Part shown: piece after piece, positions 30,597-42,512 of the stretch
Layout of the letters: the number at the start of each line of letters is the position of its first letter
How positions within the stretch are numbered: the first letter of the stretch is position 1
NCBI GenBank assembly: GCA_043821645.1
Contig: JBDRCO010000043.1
Coordinates: 96,001 to 160,000 of the forward strand
Direction of reading: 5' to 3'
DNA from: Pseudomonadota bacterium
Lineage (GTDB): Bacteria; Myxococcota; JACRCW01; JAFGSX01
Length of the DNA: 64,000 bases
The notes under the pieces: model-generated
What the model was told of the DNA's origin: nothing
Databases searched by the model: none
What the model saw: only the letters and a program-made list of their open reading frames with translations
Position numbers and translations under genes: made by a program

Positions 30597-33500
30597 ATGC
30601 GCCGTCTCCCCGTGCTCGTCCTGATCCTGCTGCCGCTCGCCATGGCGGGCTGCTCCCTGCCCCTGCTGTTCGACGCGCTGTCGGCGCGCATGGACGCGGA
30701 GGACAATCCGGGCCCCCGCGAGATCGTGCGCGAGGAGTTCAACTACCGCTTCGTCAGCCCGGGGCTGCCCTACGTCGAGGTCAAGCCCGAGCACATCAAC
30801 CCCGAGGCCTCGCTGGTGCTGATGCGCACCCAGCCCACGGTGTTCTTCATGGTCATTGCCGAGCGCAGCTCGAACGAGAGCATGGGCAGCGAGGGGCTGA
30901 CCGAGGTCGTGCGCGGCATGCTGAGGAGTCGCTTCCCGGACAGCACCCTTGGCGACGCGAGCGTTCGTACCGTCAACGGCATCGACGGTCAGCAGTTCGA
31001 TGCCCGCCTGAGTATCGACGGGTCCCCCTTTGCCTACACCTACTGGGTGGCAGCGGCAGGAGGGAGCTTCGTGCAGCTCATCGCGTGGGCCCGGGAAGAG
31101 GAGAAGGCCACGCTCGGCCGAGAGGTCGACACCCTGCTCCCCGGCTTCCACTTGCTCGACCCCATGGCCGGAAGCGTGGCCCAGGGTCAAGCTTTTGGTC
31201 GCCATCAGTCCGCGCGCTTCGGCTACAGCGTCGATCTCACAGGGACCCCCTGGATGCTGTGGGATGACCTCGAAACCTCGGCCGCCGAGGCCGACTGCGG
31301 TGCCATACGCTCGCAGGGTGCATTCTTGGTCATTCCCTTCGCCCACGACGACCCAAGGCCCGCGGTCCCGGCCCTGAGCGCGGCTCTGCTATCGTCCATG
31401 GGTATCGAGTTTCCGTCGCCGGACGTGCAGGACGTGGGGCTGCTCAAGGTGCCGAGCGGTGCCTTCCGGCGCCTGCGCCACCAGCGCGAGATCGACGGCA
31501 CGCGTTTTTCCTACACGCTCCAGATCGTCGAGGGTGAGCGTGTGAGCCTGCTGGTGGCGGTGTGGAGCGCGCGGGATCAGGCCCATGCGGATCAGCTCGC
31601 CGACGCTTTGATGCCAGCGCTTCACGTCGAGGAACCTGTCGACGAAGGCACGGCTTTACCCCCCCGACTGATCCACGCCCAGGCCACCCTGCGCAACGGC
31701 CTGGGTCTGTACCTGTTTCGCACCGAGCAGTACGAGCGCGCGGCACGCGCCTTCGAGCAGGCCCTGGACCTCGTCCCCGATGAAGCGACCTACCTGACCA
31801 ATGCCCTGGATGCCTTCAATCGCATGGGCGCTCACGCGCGTGCGGTGGAGCTCATCGCGACACATGCCGCGCCTCATGGCGGCTTGCCCGCTGTGCGCGC
31901 CTGGAAGGCCTGGCACCTCAAGCAGGCCGGCCGCCAGGCCGAGGCCCTCGAGACCTATCGCGAACTGTTCCGCGATGGTCACGGTGACGATGAGGACAGG
32001 CGCAGCTACGTGGACCTGCTGGAACAGGCTGGGCTGTGGGACGAGGCCACGGTCGTGCTCGCCGAGGCTGCTGAGCGCACCGGCAGCCTCGCCCTGCGGC
32101 TGGAACAGGCCCGGCTGTTGCAGCGTCGCGGCGATCACCCGGCGGCAGTGACCATGCTGCGCGAGCTGCGGACCTCGAACCCCGACGACGTGGAGCTGAC
32201 CCTGGCGCTGGTGCAGTCGTACCAGGAACTCGACCGGCCCGACGAGGTGCTGAGTCTGACCGACGCCCTGATCGCCCGCGACGTGGCAGCGGCCAGCCTG
32301 CACCAGGCGCGCGGCCTCGCCCTGGTGAGGCTGGAGCGCCTCCCCGAGGCCAAGCTCGCGCTCGAGCAGGCACTGGGCCTAGAGCCAGGCAATGCCCAGC
32401 TGCAGCATGAGCTGGAACTGGTCTCCGCGCAGCTGGGCGAGGGCGACAACAGCAGCCTCAAGGCGCGCATCGAAGCCCTCCCCGCACCGTCTGCGCTGCA
32501 GGCGCGCATGGACAGGCTGCGCAGCGAGCCGGGCATCGAGGGCTACGGAAGCACCTCTCTGTACCAGGTGCGGATCCGCCAGTTCCGTCCGGGCGAGCCT
32601 CTGCGACGTACCCTGTACCAGTGCGTGCGGGTTCGCGACGCAGCGGCCGCCGCCAGGCAGTCCACCCTGACCTTCGACTTCGATCCCCTGCGCGAGCAGA
32701 TGCACGTCAACGCCCTCGAGGTGCGCGATGCCCATGATCGCGTCATCGCGCGCGGTGCACCGGACACCTACTACGTCGTGGATAAAAGCGGCGACGGACC
32801 GCAGACCCACGAGCGCACCCTTCACCTGCCCGTGCCGAAGCTGGCGCCGGGCCACACCGTGTGCTTGACCCTGAGCAGCCAGCACCTCGCGGCCGACGAG
32901 ACCCTTCCCTTCGAGCGTGTGCTGCTGGCCGGACCCCAGCCCTCGCGGCTCAGCGCGCTGGTCTACCTGGTGGATCCCGCGCAACTGCGCAGCGCTCAGG
33001 CCAACCTGGAAGCGCCGCAGCCCGTCGCGGGAGGGCTGCTGTGGCAGATCGAGGACACGCCGGCCCTGGCCTGGGAACCCCAGGTACAGCAGGTCGAACG
33101 CTTCGCCCCCGTAGTGCACGTGGCCGACGCCCAGGCCACCTGGGCCAGCGAGGTCCAGGCCTACCTGCAGCGCATCGCACCAAGCCTGGAGGTCGAGCCC
33201 GGCGTGCGCGCCCTCGCCGACGACACCGCGGGAACCGGGATCCGGGGCGATGCCCTGGTCGAGCGCCTGGCGCAGCAGGTGCGCCAGAGCACCACCTACA
33301 AGGCCATCGAGTTTGGCAGCCGCGGCCGGGACCCAGCCCGACCCTCGACCACGCTGGCCCGACGCTACGGTGACTGCAAGGACCACGCGGTGCTGCTGCG
33401 TGCCCTGCTGCGAGCCCGGGGCGTCGACGCTGAGCTGGCGCTGGTCAACACCGTGGCCAGCGTTCGCGAGGACTTGCCCTCGCTCGACCAGTTCAACCAC

Positions 33501-34313
33501 ATGGTCGTGTACGTGCCCGGTCGCGGGGGCGGCCGCTTCGTCGACACCACCGAGAAGAACATGCCCGTGCTGGTTGCGGCACCTCTGGGTCTGGCCGGGC
33601 GCCGCGCGCTGATCCTGACCAGGACCGCGCCCCGCTTCATCGCGGTCCCCAGCTACGCCCCGAGCGAGGCCCAGGTCCAGGTGCAGCGCCAGGTGGAACT
33701 TGGCGACGGGGACCTGCTCACGGTGCGCGAGAAGGTGCAGCTCGATGGAATCCCCGCGGCCTCGCTGCGCCACGCCCTGGCCGAGCTCGATGGCGCCGAG
33801 CACCTGCGCTGGGCGCAGGCCCTGATCGCCCGCCAGCTGCCCGGAGCCACCCTGCGATCTTTTTCGGTGCACAACCTCGAACAGCCCGAGCAAGGACTGA
33901 AGCTGGAGCTCGAGTACCTGCTTCAGGGCCGTGTGACCCGTGGCGAGAAGAAGGTACTGCGCGTGCGCACCGCGGATCCCTGGGCGCGCTACTTCCTGGT
34001 GGCCCCTGCTGTGCCACAGCGCCGCACTCCTTTCGAGACCTCGGTCCCGGTCCAGGTGTCGAGCACCACGACCTTACAGGCACCTGGTGGCTACAAGGTC
34101 GAGCGCGCCGAGCGCCAGCGCGATACCCGCCGGGGGCCTTTTGGAAGCTGGAAGATCCAGCACAGTGCGAGCCCCGCCACGGCGTCGCTGAGCCTCAGCG
34201 CCCAGGTCACTGCTGGCCAGTTCGGCGCCGCGGACTACGCGTCCTATCGCGGGTTCTTCGACGACGCCCTGGTGGCGGTGGACCGCGAGTGGACCCTTCG
34301 CCCCACGCCCTGA
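30597..34313 (+). CDS. Large lipoprotein with TPR repeats, DUF3857-like domain and transglutaminase-like domain
   Basis: Lipobox AMAGC, TPR repeats and catalytic-type motifs GDCKDHA, FNHM and VDTT. Confidence 0.88.
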   Translation: MRRLPVLVLILLPLAMAGCSLPLLFDALSARMDAEDNPGPREIVREEFNYRFVSPGLPYVEVKPEHINPEASLVLMRTQPTVFFMVIAERSSNESMGSEGLTEVVRGMLRSRFPDSTLGDASVRTVNGIDGQQFDARLSIDGSPFAYTYWVAAAGGSFVQLIAWAREEEKATLGREVDTLLPGFHLLDPMAGSVAQGQAFGRHQSARFGYSVDLTGTPWMLWDDLETSAAEADCGAIRSQGAFLVIPFAHDDPRPAVPALSAALLSSMGIEFPSPDVQDVGLLKVPSGAFRRLRHQREIDGTRFSYTLQIVEGERVSLLVAVWSARDQAHADQLADALMPALHVEEPVDEGTALPPRLIHAQATLRNGLGLYLFRTEQYERAARAFEQALDLVPDEATYLTNALDAFNRMGAHARAVELIATHAAPHGGLPAVRAWKAWHLKQAGRQAEALETYRELFRDGHGDDEDRRSYVDLLEQAGLWDEATVVLAEAAERTGSLALRLEQARLLQRRGDHPAAVTMLRELRTSNPDDVELTLALVQSYQELDRPDEVLSLTDALIARDVAAASLHQARGLALVRLERLPEAKLALEQALGLEPGNAQLQHELELVSAQLGEGDNSSLKARIEALPAPSALQARMDRLRSEPGIEGYGSTSLYQVRIRQFRPGEPLRRTLYQCVRVRDAAAAARQSTLTFDFDPLREQMHVNALEVRDAHDRVIARGAPDTYYVVDKSGDGPQTHERTLHLPVPKLAPGHTVCLTLSSQHLAADETLPFERVLLAGPQPSRLSALVYLVDPAQLRSAQANLEAPQPVAGGLLWQIEDTPALAWEPQVQQVERFAPVVHVADAQATWASEVQAYLQRIAPSLEVEPGVRALADDTAGTGIRGDALVERLAQQVRQSTTYKAIEFGSRGRDPARPSTTLARRYGDCKDHAVLLRALLRARGVDAELALVNTVASVREDLPSLDQFNHMVVYVPGRGGGRFVDTTEKNMPVLVAAPLGLAGRRALILTRTAPRFIAVPSYAPSEAQVQVQRQVELGDGDLLTVREKVQLDGIPAASLRHALAELDGAEHLRWAQALIARQLPGATLRSFSVHNLEQPEQGLKLELEYLLQGRVTRGEKKVLRVRTADPWARYFLVAPAVPQRRTPFETSVPVQVSSTTTLQAPGGYKVERAERQRDTRRGPFGSWKIQHSASPATASLSLSAQVTAGQFGAADYASYRGFFDDALVAVDREWTLRPTP

Positions 34314-34433
34314 CAGAAAAATGAAACGCGCACCTGCGGTGTGCATGGGCCCTGGTTATATGAGGCTCGCCGCAGCGCCAGCCCACTTTGGGCGCGCCAT
34401 CCCATGCCCGCGGCCCCACTCGAGGAGGACATC

Positions 34434-35030
34434 GTGACGCATCTCATCGGCAAGCAGGCTCCCAACTTCAAGGCTCCCGCCCTGATGCCGGACAACAGCT
34501 TCAAGGATGACTTCAAGCTCGAGGATCTACGTGGCAGGTACGTGGTGCTGTTCTTCTATCCTCTCGATTTCACCTTCGTCTGCCCCACCGAGATCCTGGA
34601 GTTCGATCGCAAGCTGGAACAGTTCAAGGAGCGCGGCACCGAGGTGGTCGGTGTCAGCGTGGACAGCAAGTTCAGTCACTGGGCCTGGAAGAACACTCCC
34701 GTCGATCAGGGAGGCATTGGCAACATCCGCTACCCCCTGGTGGCGGACCTGAACAAGCAGATCGCCCGCGATTTCGGCGTGCTCCTCGACGACGCCGGCA
34801 TCGCCCTGCGCGGCACCTTCCTCATCGATCAGAAGGGCGTGGTCAAGCACGCGACCCTCAACCATCCCGATCTCGGCCGCAACGTCGACGAGACCCTGCG
34901 CCTGGTGGACGCCTTGCAGCACACCGAGAAGTACGGGGAGGTGTGCCCGGCGAACTGGAACAAGGGCGACGACGCCATGAAGGCCACCGCCGAGGGCGTG
35001 GCCGGCTACCTCAAGAAGCACGGCAACTAG
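34434..35030 (+). CDS. ahpC: 2-Cys peroxiredoxin (AhpC/TSA)
   Basis: FYPLDFTFVCPTE and GEVCPANW motifs. RBS GAGGAGG before GTG 34434. Confidence 0.95.
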   Translation: MTHLIGKQAPNFKAPALMPDNSFKDDFKLEDLRGRYVVLFFYPLDFTFVCPTEILEFDRKLEQFKERGTEVVGVSVDSKFSHWAWKNTPVDQGGIGNIRYPLVADLNKQIARDFGVLLDDAGIALRGTFLIDQKGVVKHATLNHPDLGRNVDETLRLVDALQHTEKYGEVCPANWNKGDDAMKATAEGVAGYLKKHGN

Positions 35031-35078
35031 CGCGCTCCCCCCTTCGTCGTCGAGAAGTTCGCCCCGGGTCCCCTCGGG

Positions 35079-36926
35079 TCAGTGGCCGCCCTTGCCCTTG
35101 GGCACCACCTTCCAGATGCGCAGCAGCAGCACGAAGCCGATGACCGCGAAGGGGAACAGAAACAGCGGCCATGACCACCAGCCCACGCGGGTGGTGAGGT
35201 AGCCGAGCATGAAGCTCTGGAAGCCGGTGCCCAGGTAGACGAAGCCATCGATCATGCCCACGGCGGTGGCCGCGCCCCGGCGCCCCCCGAAGTCCATGGT
35301 GGCGGTGCCGCTGAGCAGGCCGTGGGTGCCAATGACGCACAGGCTGACCAGGAACACGATGGCGCCCATCCACAGCGGGGACAGCGTGAGGTGGGGCCCC
35401 GCCTTGAGCGCGCGCGTGTCGCCGGCGCGCATGCTGGCCTGGGCATCCTGCAGGCGCAGCGTCAGCTCCTGTCCGGCGCGACGCACGGTGAGCGGGATGC
35501 TGCCGTCGCTCACCGCCCGGTCGAGAGCGGCCTTGCCGGGCTTGGTCTTGCACATGCACGCGTCCACGTCCCAGGTCGAGCCGTCCTTGCAGGTCGCGGG
35601 CAGGCACATCACCGCGCGACTGACGTCCTTCCAGGTCTCGATCTTGTCGACGCCAGCGATGCTCAGGATCTCATCACCTACCTGCAGCTGGTCGAAACCC
35701 TCGACGGGTTTGAGTTCACTCCAGCCCACCTCGCGGGTGACGCCACCCAGGGTGAAGAACATCAAGATCGCGCTCACCGCACAGCCCAGATACAGGAAGC
35801 CCGCGGTGGGCGCGCGCCGGCTCTGGAAGAACAGGTCGCTGACCCAGCCCGCCACGTTGGCGCCGATGACCCCGGCGACGAAGAGGATGCCGCCCCAGCC
35901 ACCGAGGATGAAGGGTCCGGTCACGCACAGACCGGCCGAGGCGAAGGTCCAGCCGCGCTTGCTGCCACCCAGGCGGGACCCCACGACCACAAGCACCACC
36001 GCAGCGATGGCGCCGACGCCCACCGCACTCCACATCGTCGCCATGTCGCCGCGCACCAGCAGGTGCGAGCTGGGCAAGCTGAGCACTTCCTTGGCGTAGA
36101 TGGGGTACCAGTGCATGACGCCGTTGCGCAGCACGCCGGTGCAAAACTCGATGAAGGCCACGGTGAGGATGATGGGGTTGGTGAGGATGCGCTTGATGAG
36201 GTCCAGGGTCTTGACCTCGACGTTCTCCTCGCCGCTCGAGGCATCGCCCGTGTCGAAGTCCTGGAAGCCGGCAAGGCCCGGTCGGTCCTTGAGCAGGAAC
36301 AGCTCGACCACGAACATGATGAAAAGGATCGCCGAGGGCACGTAGAAGACCCACTTGCTTGCCGCCACGCTGGTCGAGCCCTTGGCTGCGAAGTCCAGGA
36401 TCCAGCCGTTGACGGTGAAGGCGAAGAAGATGCCACTCGAGATCATGGTGCCGAAGATGCCCGAGAAGCCGCCGCGCTCGCGCACGTGGAACCAGTGCGC
36501 GTTGACCTTGACGATGGCCACCGCGCCGTAGCTCTGGAAGTACATGTTGACGGCGTACAGCAGCGAGAAGTACAGCCGCAAGTTCGAGGTATCACCCCCG
36601 ACGGCGCCGCCAACCAGCGCGCTGATGTACAGGCCCATGCACAGGTTGACGATGCCCGAGCCCAGGGAGCCGATGAGGATGGCGCGCTTGCCGCCAATCC
36701 TGTCGGTGAGCGGGCCGTTGATCAGGAAAGCGAAGGCATAGGTCACGGTGCCCACGCCGAAGATGACCCCGAAGTCCTCCTTGGTCATCAGGTCGCCCAG
36801 GGCGTTCTTGGACACGGTCAGGTTGTAGCGCCCCATGTACAGGAACGCGTAGGTCAGACCGAGGGGGAACCAGTTGAGGAAGCGGCGGAGCTTGAACGCG
36901 GAGGAGTGCTGCGGCGCATCGGACAT
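35079..36926 (-). CDS. MFS transporter (GlpT/UhpC-like) with inserted PDZ-like domain
   Basis: YMGRYNL, GPLTDRIGGKR, WFHVRERG and GMIDGFVYLG motifs. Insert reads LQVGDEILSIAG...LTVRRAGQELTL. Confidence 0.88.
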   Translation of the reverse strand: MSDAPQHSSAFKLRRFLNWFPLGLTYAFLYMGRYNLTVSKNALGDLMTKEDFGVIFGVGTVTYAFAFLINGPLTDRIGGKRAILIGSLGSGIVNLCMGLYISALVGGAVGGDTSNLRLYFSLLYAVNMYFQSYGAVAIVKVNAHWFHVRERGGFSGIFGTMISSGIFFAFTVNGWILDFAAKGSTSVAASKWVFYVPSAILFIMFVVELFLLKDRPGLAGFQDFDTGDASSGEENVEVKTLDLIKRILTNPIILTVAFIEFCTGVLRNGVMHWYPIYAKEVLSLPSSHLLVRGDMATMWSAVGVGAIAAVVLVVVGSRLGGSKRGWTFASAGLCVTGPFILGGWGGILFVAGVIGANVAGWVSDLFFQSRRAPTAGFLYLGCAVSAILMFFTLGGVTREVGWSELKPVEGFDQLQVGDEILSIAGVDKIETWKDVSRAVMCLPATCKDGSTWDVDACMCKTKPGKAALDRAVSDGSIPLTVRRAGQELTLRLQDAQASMRAGDTRALKAGPHLTLSPLWMGAIVFLVSLCVIGTHGLLSGTATMDFGGRRGAATAVGMIDGFVYLGTGFQSFMLGYLTTRVGWWSWPLFLFPFAVIGFVLLLRIWKVVPKGKGGH

Positions 36927-36983
36927 CGGGGACCTCCGGGAGTGATGCCCCTTCGTACGCTGAGCCTGCGCCCGTGACAAGTG

Positions 36984-38411
36984 CTAGCGGCGGCCCCGGG
37001 TACCGCGTCCGTCGTCACCGCTGCGGGTGATGCGCACCAGGGTCAACCGCGCGCTGCCATCGCGCTCGTCGAGCAGCAGGACCAGGGGCGGACCCTGGCG
37101 ACCGGAGCGCAGGGACACGGCGCTGTCGGAGGACGGCACCTGGACGTCGAGGGCACTGGCCTTTGCGAAAGGTGGGTCGCTCTTCTGGCCGAGGTGGATG
37201 GACAGCATGGTCGATGCGCTCAGGTCCACCAGATCGCCGCGGCCGTCGTCATTCAGATCCAGACCGAACAGTGGCGGGTGGCCAGCCATCTGTGTTGAGC
37301 GGCCGAAGTCCACCTCGGCGTCCAGGTCCAGGGGGGCCCCCTCGACGTGGCGGCCGCCGGCGAAGCGGTGCACGCGGTAGCTCACGAGGATGCGTCCGGT
37401 GACCAGGGCCTTGCCCATGGCCAGGATACCGGTGTCGACCTGCGGCTCGACCACATCGAGGATGCCGTCGAGATCCACGTCGTGAACCAGCAGCGGGGCG
37501 GCCAGACCCTTGCGATCGATGCTGGCCAGGGTCGTCCCCGGTGTGCGGCCGATCAGGGGACCCGCGAAGACCTTCCACGACGTGCGCATCGTGTCCGAGC
37601 CGCCGCGCTGAAAGGTCACCACGGCGTCGAGCACGCGATCGCCGGTGAGGTCCACCAGCCGGGTGTCGACGATGCCCTCGTCGCTGGCGAGCTCGGCGGG
37701 ACTGCGCACGGGGAGGCGCAGGGTGCGCACCGGGGCCCCGCCCACGTACAGGGCCAGGTCCTCCTCGATCGCGAAGCCGAGATCGCGCTGGCCGTCTCCA
37801 TCGAGGTCACCGGCAAAGGCGCGCGGGTGCACCAGCACCGTCATCAACGAGAAGTCGCGACGCGCCCGCGGCCCGCGAAACACCAGGCCGCTGGCCATGT
37901 GGGTACGCGTGGGCACGCTCAGGCTGCGCACTTCGCCCGGAGCGTCCACCGCCAGCACACCGGCCAGGGACGGCAAGAGCACCGGCGGCTTGCCGTCGGG
38001 ACAAAGCTCGATCACGGCCAGGTCGGCATGCTCGACAAAGGGCAAGGCGCCCTGGAGCTGGGCCACGGTGCTCAGGCTGCCGTCGGGAGCCCGTCGCTCC
38101 AGCACCCCCGGGCGCACGAAGAGCAGTCCGGGCCCGATCCCCGGGCAAGCACCGAGCAGCACCGCATCCTCGGGCACGGCCACGGGGCGCGGTGGAGCTG
38201 CAGGCAGGCGTGCCGTGCTGGCCGCATCGAGGATCACCACCTGGCGCTGCCCGTGCTGTATCAGCACCACCACGCCGTCGAGCACGCCGTCGCCGGTGAC
38301 GTCGAGGGCGTACAGGCCCCGCGGCAGGCCAGGCAAGGTCCATTGCTGGGTCTGCGCGGTGAGTTCGGTGACGGCCAGGGTCGAGGTCAGCAGCACGGCG
38401 GCAAGAATCAT
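36984..38411 (-). CDS. Exported FG-GAP/VCBS repeat protein
   Basis: Signal peptide and repeats DVTGDGVLD, DLDGDGQRD, DVDLDGILD and DLNDDGRGD. Confidence 0.85.
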   Translation of the reverse strand: MILAAVLLTSTLAVTELTAQTQQWTLPGLPRGLYALDVTGDGVLDGVVVLIQHGQRQVVILDAASTARLPAAPPRPVAVPEDAVLLGACPGIGPGLLFVRPGVLERRAPDGSLSTVAQLQGALPFVEHADLAVIELCPDGKPPVLLPSLAGVLAVDAPGEVRSLSVPTRTHMASGLVFRGPRARRDFSLMTVLVHPRAFAGDLDGDGQRDLGFAIEEDLALYVGGAPVRTLRLPVRSPAELASDEGIVDTRLVDLTGDRVLDAVVTFQRGGSDTMRTSWKVFAGPLIGRTPGTTLASIDRKGLAAPLLVHDVDLDGILDVVEPQVDTGILAMGKALVTGRILVSYRVHRFAGGRHVEGAPLDLDAEVDFGRSTQMAGHPPLFGLDLNDDGRGDLVDLSASTMLSIHLGQKSDPPFAKASALDVQVPSSDSAVSLRSGRQGPPLVLLLDERDGSARLTLVRITRSGDDGRGTRGRR

Positions 38412-38536
38412 GCGCGCTGCTTAACAAGCGCCCGCTCCCGCTGCAAGCCGCGCCCCACCCGGCACAACGGCTGCACCCAGGCAGGGGGGCACCACCCAGG
38501 CGCCGCCGAGGCCGAGGGCGCGCGAGGTCTCCCAGC

Positions 38537-38569
38537 AAAGAAAACCCCCGGGCGTGGGCCCCGGGGGGT
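38537..38569 (-). terminator. Rho-independent terminator after groEL
   Basis: Minus strand ACCCCCCGGG...CCCGGGGGT hairpin followed by TTTCTTT. Confidence 0.8.
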
Positions 38570-38594
38570 GCGATCAGAGTATCCGGCGAAGCGG

Positions 38595-40241
<1,647 letters not shown>

Positions 40242-40296
40242 CGTCGGAACTCCTTGTGACCGCTGTGTGCGGCACCGTTGGTGTTGGGGGGGTTAC

Positions 40297-40587
40297 TCAG
40301 TCCTCGACCACGCCCAGGACCTCGTCCTCGCGCAGCACCAGGCGGTCCTCGCCGTCGATCTTGAGCTCGGTTCCCGAGTACTTTCCGAACAGGATCTTGT
40401 CGCCGGCCTTGACCTCCATCGGACGCAGCTTGCCGCCATCGAGCAGCTTGCCGTTCCCCACCGCGAGGACCTGCCCCATGATGGGCTTTTCCTTGGCGCT
40501 GTCGGGGATGATGATACCGCCGGCGGTCTTCTCTTCGCCGTCGAGACGCTTGACCAGGATCCTGTCGTACAAGGGCTTGAGCTTCAT
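40297..40587 (-). CDS. groES: Co-chaperonin GroES
   Basis: [14 protein letters not shown]...[23 protein letters not shown]. Confidence 0.99.
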   Translation of the reverse strand: MKLKPLYDRILVKRLDGEEKTAGGIIIPDSAKEKPIMGQVLAVGNGKLLDGGKLRPMEVKAGDKILFGKYSGTELKIDGEDRLVLREDEVLGVVED

Positions 40588-40713
40588 GGCCTTCTCCTGT
40601 GTTCCCTCGCCAGTTTGCAGGGGTAGCGCCACTCGTTTGGCGTGATCCGCACTGGCGTTGTGAACGTTGTTTTTCCGGGTGAGGTACTGGCCCACCCTGT
40701 TTGGGCGCGGCCA

Positions 40714-40741
40714 ATGTAGGCACGGGTGCGAGGGTGGCAAG
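40714..40741 (-). promoter_or_regulatory. Putative heat-shock (RpoH-like) or sigma70 promoter of groESL
   Basis: Minus strand CTTG-N17-CCTACAT, also readable as TTGCCA-N16-TACATT. Confidence 0.5.
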
Positions 40742-40855
40742 GGGATCTGTGCGGGTTCTTGCTCACAGCCTCGCCTGCATGCTAAATAGCCAAAGTCACG
40801 CGGTTTTTTTGTTGTGTCCTGACCACCAAGTGCCCCGCGAGGAGCCACCAGCACC

Positions 40856-41656
40856 GTGTTCCGGCTGCGCGAAGCAGGTCTGCATCACCGCGGCATCGCC
40901 GTGCCGCACTTGTTTGCGCCGGCCGCGGAGCTGCTGCTGGACGCCATCGAAGCGCCGCCCGGGGGGGGCAGTGCGCTCTGCCTCGAGCCGGGAGGCCCGG
41001 TGCTGTTCAGGGCCGCCGCCCTGCATCCGAGCCTGCGCGAGACGCGACTCGTGCTCGCAGGCAGCGAGCACGACGCGACCCGGCAAGGTGCCCTCGCCAT
41101 GCCCGGCAACTGGCTGCTGACGGATCCCTGGTTCTTGCCCGTGCGCACTCAGAGCTGCGACCTGGTCCTGGCCAACCTGCTTCTCGGCGATGCGGAGATG
41201 GACGCGGCCCTGCTGCGGGAGTTCCAGCGCGTGCTCAGACCGGGCGGCCAGCTGGTGGCCACGGTCCTGCTGGCCGGGACCTTCGAGGAATTCTTCGACC
41301 TGACGCAGGAGTACTGCGAGAACCAGGGGCTGGTCGAGGGCCGTGCCGCGCTGTCCGACGAGCGCTCGAACCTGTACCGGCCGCCGGCGCTGCAGCGCAG
41401 CCTGGAGACCCGCGGCTTCGAGGCCGTGCGCCTGGGCATCGAGAATCGCGCTGCGCCCTTTGGCAACGGCTTCGAGTTCATCGAGGACCCGGTGGTGCGG
41501 AACGTGTTCCTGGCCGACTGGATGCGCACCCTGAGCGATCCCCGGCTGCGCCAGAGTACCCTGGCCGGGGTCGCCCAGTTCATCGACACCTACTTCGCGG
41601 GCATTGGCTTCACCGCGCGCCTGGTCACGGGCGTGATCACGGGCCGGCGCCGCTGA
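40856..41656 (+). CDS. Class I SAM-methyltransferase-like protein
   Basis: [14 protein letters not shown] and [12 protein letters not shown] motifs. Motif I is degenerate (EPGGP). Confidence 0.75.
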   Translation: MFRLREAGLHHRGIAVPHLFAPAAELLLDAIEAPPGGGSALCLEPGGPVLFRAAALHPSLRETRLVLAGSEHDATRQGALAMPGNWLLTDPWFLPVRTQSCDLVLANLLLGDAEMDAALLREFQRVLRPGGQLVATVLLAGTFEEFFDLTQEYCENQGLVEGRAALSDERSNLYRPPALQRSLETRGFEAVRLGIENRAAPFGNGFEFIEDPVVRNVFLADWMRTLSDPRLRQSTLAGVAQFIDTYFAGIGFTARLVTGVITGRRR

Positions 41657-41793
41657 ACCGCCGCCAGGCCTGCGCCGGGCAGCGGGACTCCGGCGGCGCA
41701 CCCCCAAAACCGTTACACTAGATCCCAGTGAAGGACCGCGCGTTGTCAGGGGTGGGGCCGGTGTGCCCTGCGCCCGCGCCCGAGGAGGCCTGC

Positions 41794-42382
41794 ATGTCCA
41801 TTTCTTCCGCCGTCACCGGGGTGATGCGCAAGGCCGCCGTGGCCACCGCCAGCACCGTCATCGTGGAGGTGGGCCGGGCGATCCATGCCAGCGAGCCTGC
41901 CACGAAACGCCTGCGCCTGCGCGCGCGCGAAATTTCCACCACCCTGGCCGCCAAGATCGCGGTGAGCGAGAGCGCTCAGGCCCTGGCGCGGATCGGTGCC
42001 CGCCGCCTGCCCAACGTTGGCGCGGGCCGCCTGGCAAGACAACTGGCCAGCCGCCCCATGGCCGCCGCCGGGGGTCGCCCTGTTCGCCTTCGACGCGGTC
42101 AAGGACGGCCTGAGCCTCGGACGTGGCGACATCGACAGCGCCGAGTTCTTCGAACGTTCCTCGGGCAACGCCGCCAGCCTGGCCGCCTCGTCGGGTGGAG
42201 CGGTGTTCGGTGGCGCCGTGGGCGGTGTGTTGCTGCCGGTTGCCGGCGCACCTGTGGGCGCCCTGTTGGGCAGCGTGCTTGCAGGTCTGGGAGGGGATGC
42301 CGCGGGGCGCATCCTCGCCAAGAAGATCACTGGCGACCGACCCGTGGCGCGCGCCAAGAAGCGGCGGCGGCGCAAAAAATAG
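41794..42382 (+). pseudogene. Glycine-zipper-like protein gene with one extra G at 42070-42074 (frameshift or sequencing error)
   Basis: RBS GAGGAGG before ATG 41794. Removing one G joins ...PMAAAG to VALFAFDAVKDG...GGAVGG..GAPVGALLG...KKRRRRKK and the stop. Confidence 0.7.
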
Positions 42383-42512
42383 CGCCCAGGGCGGGGCACT
42401 GAATCGGAAAAGGGCGCCCCCCGTGCCGCGAATTTCTCCTCGCGCTTGTTCTGCAGTGGAGCGCGGTGCTAGCACTACCCACGCCGTGTCAACCTCCCTC
42501 CCCGAGCCTCCA

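Noticed and set aside
40759-40785. Possible CIRCE element upstream of groES
   Set aside because: Only one partial arm (TTAGCA on the minus strand) matches. The other arm does not.
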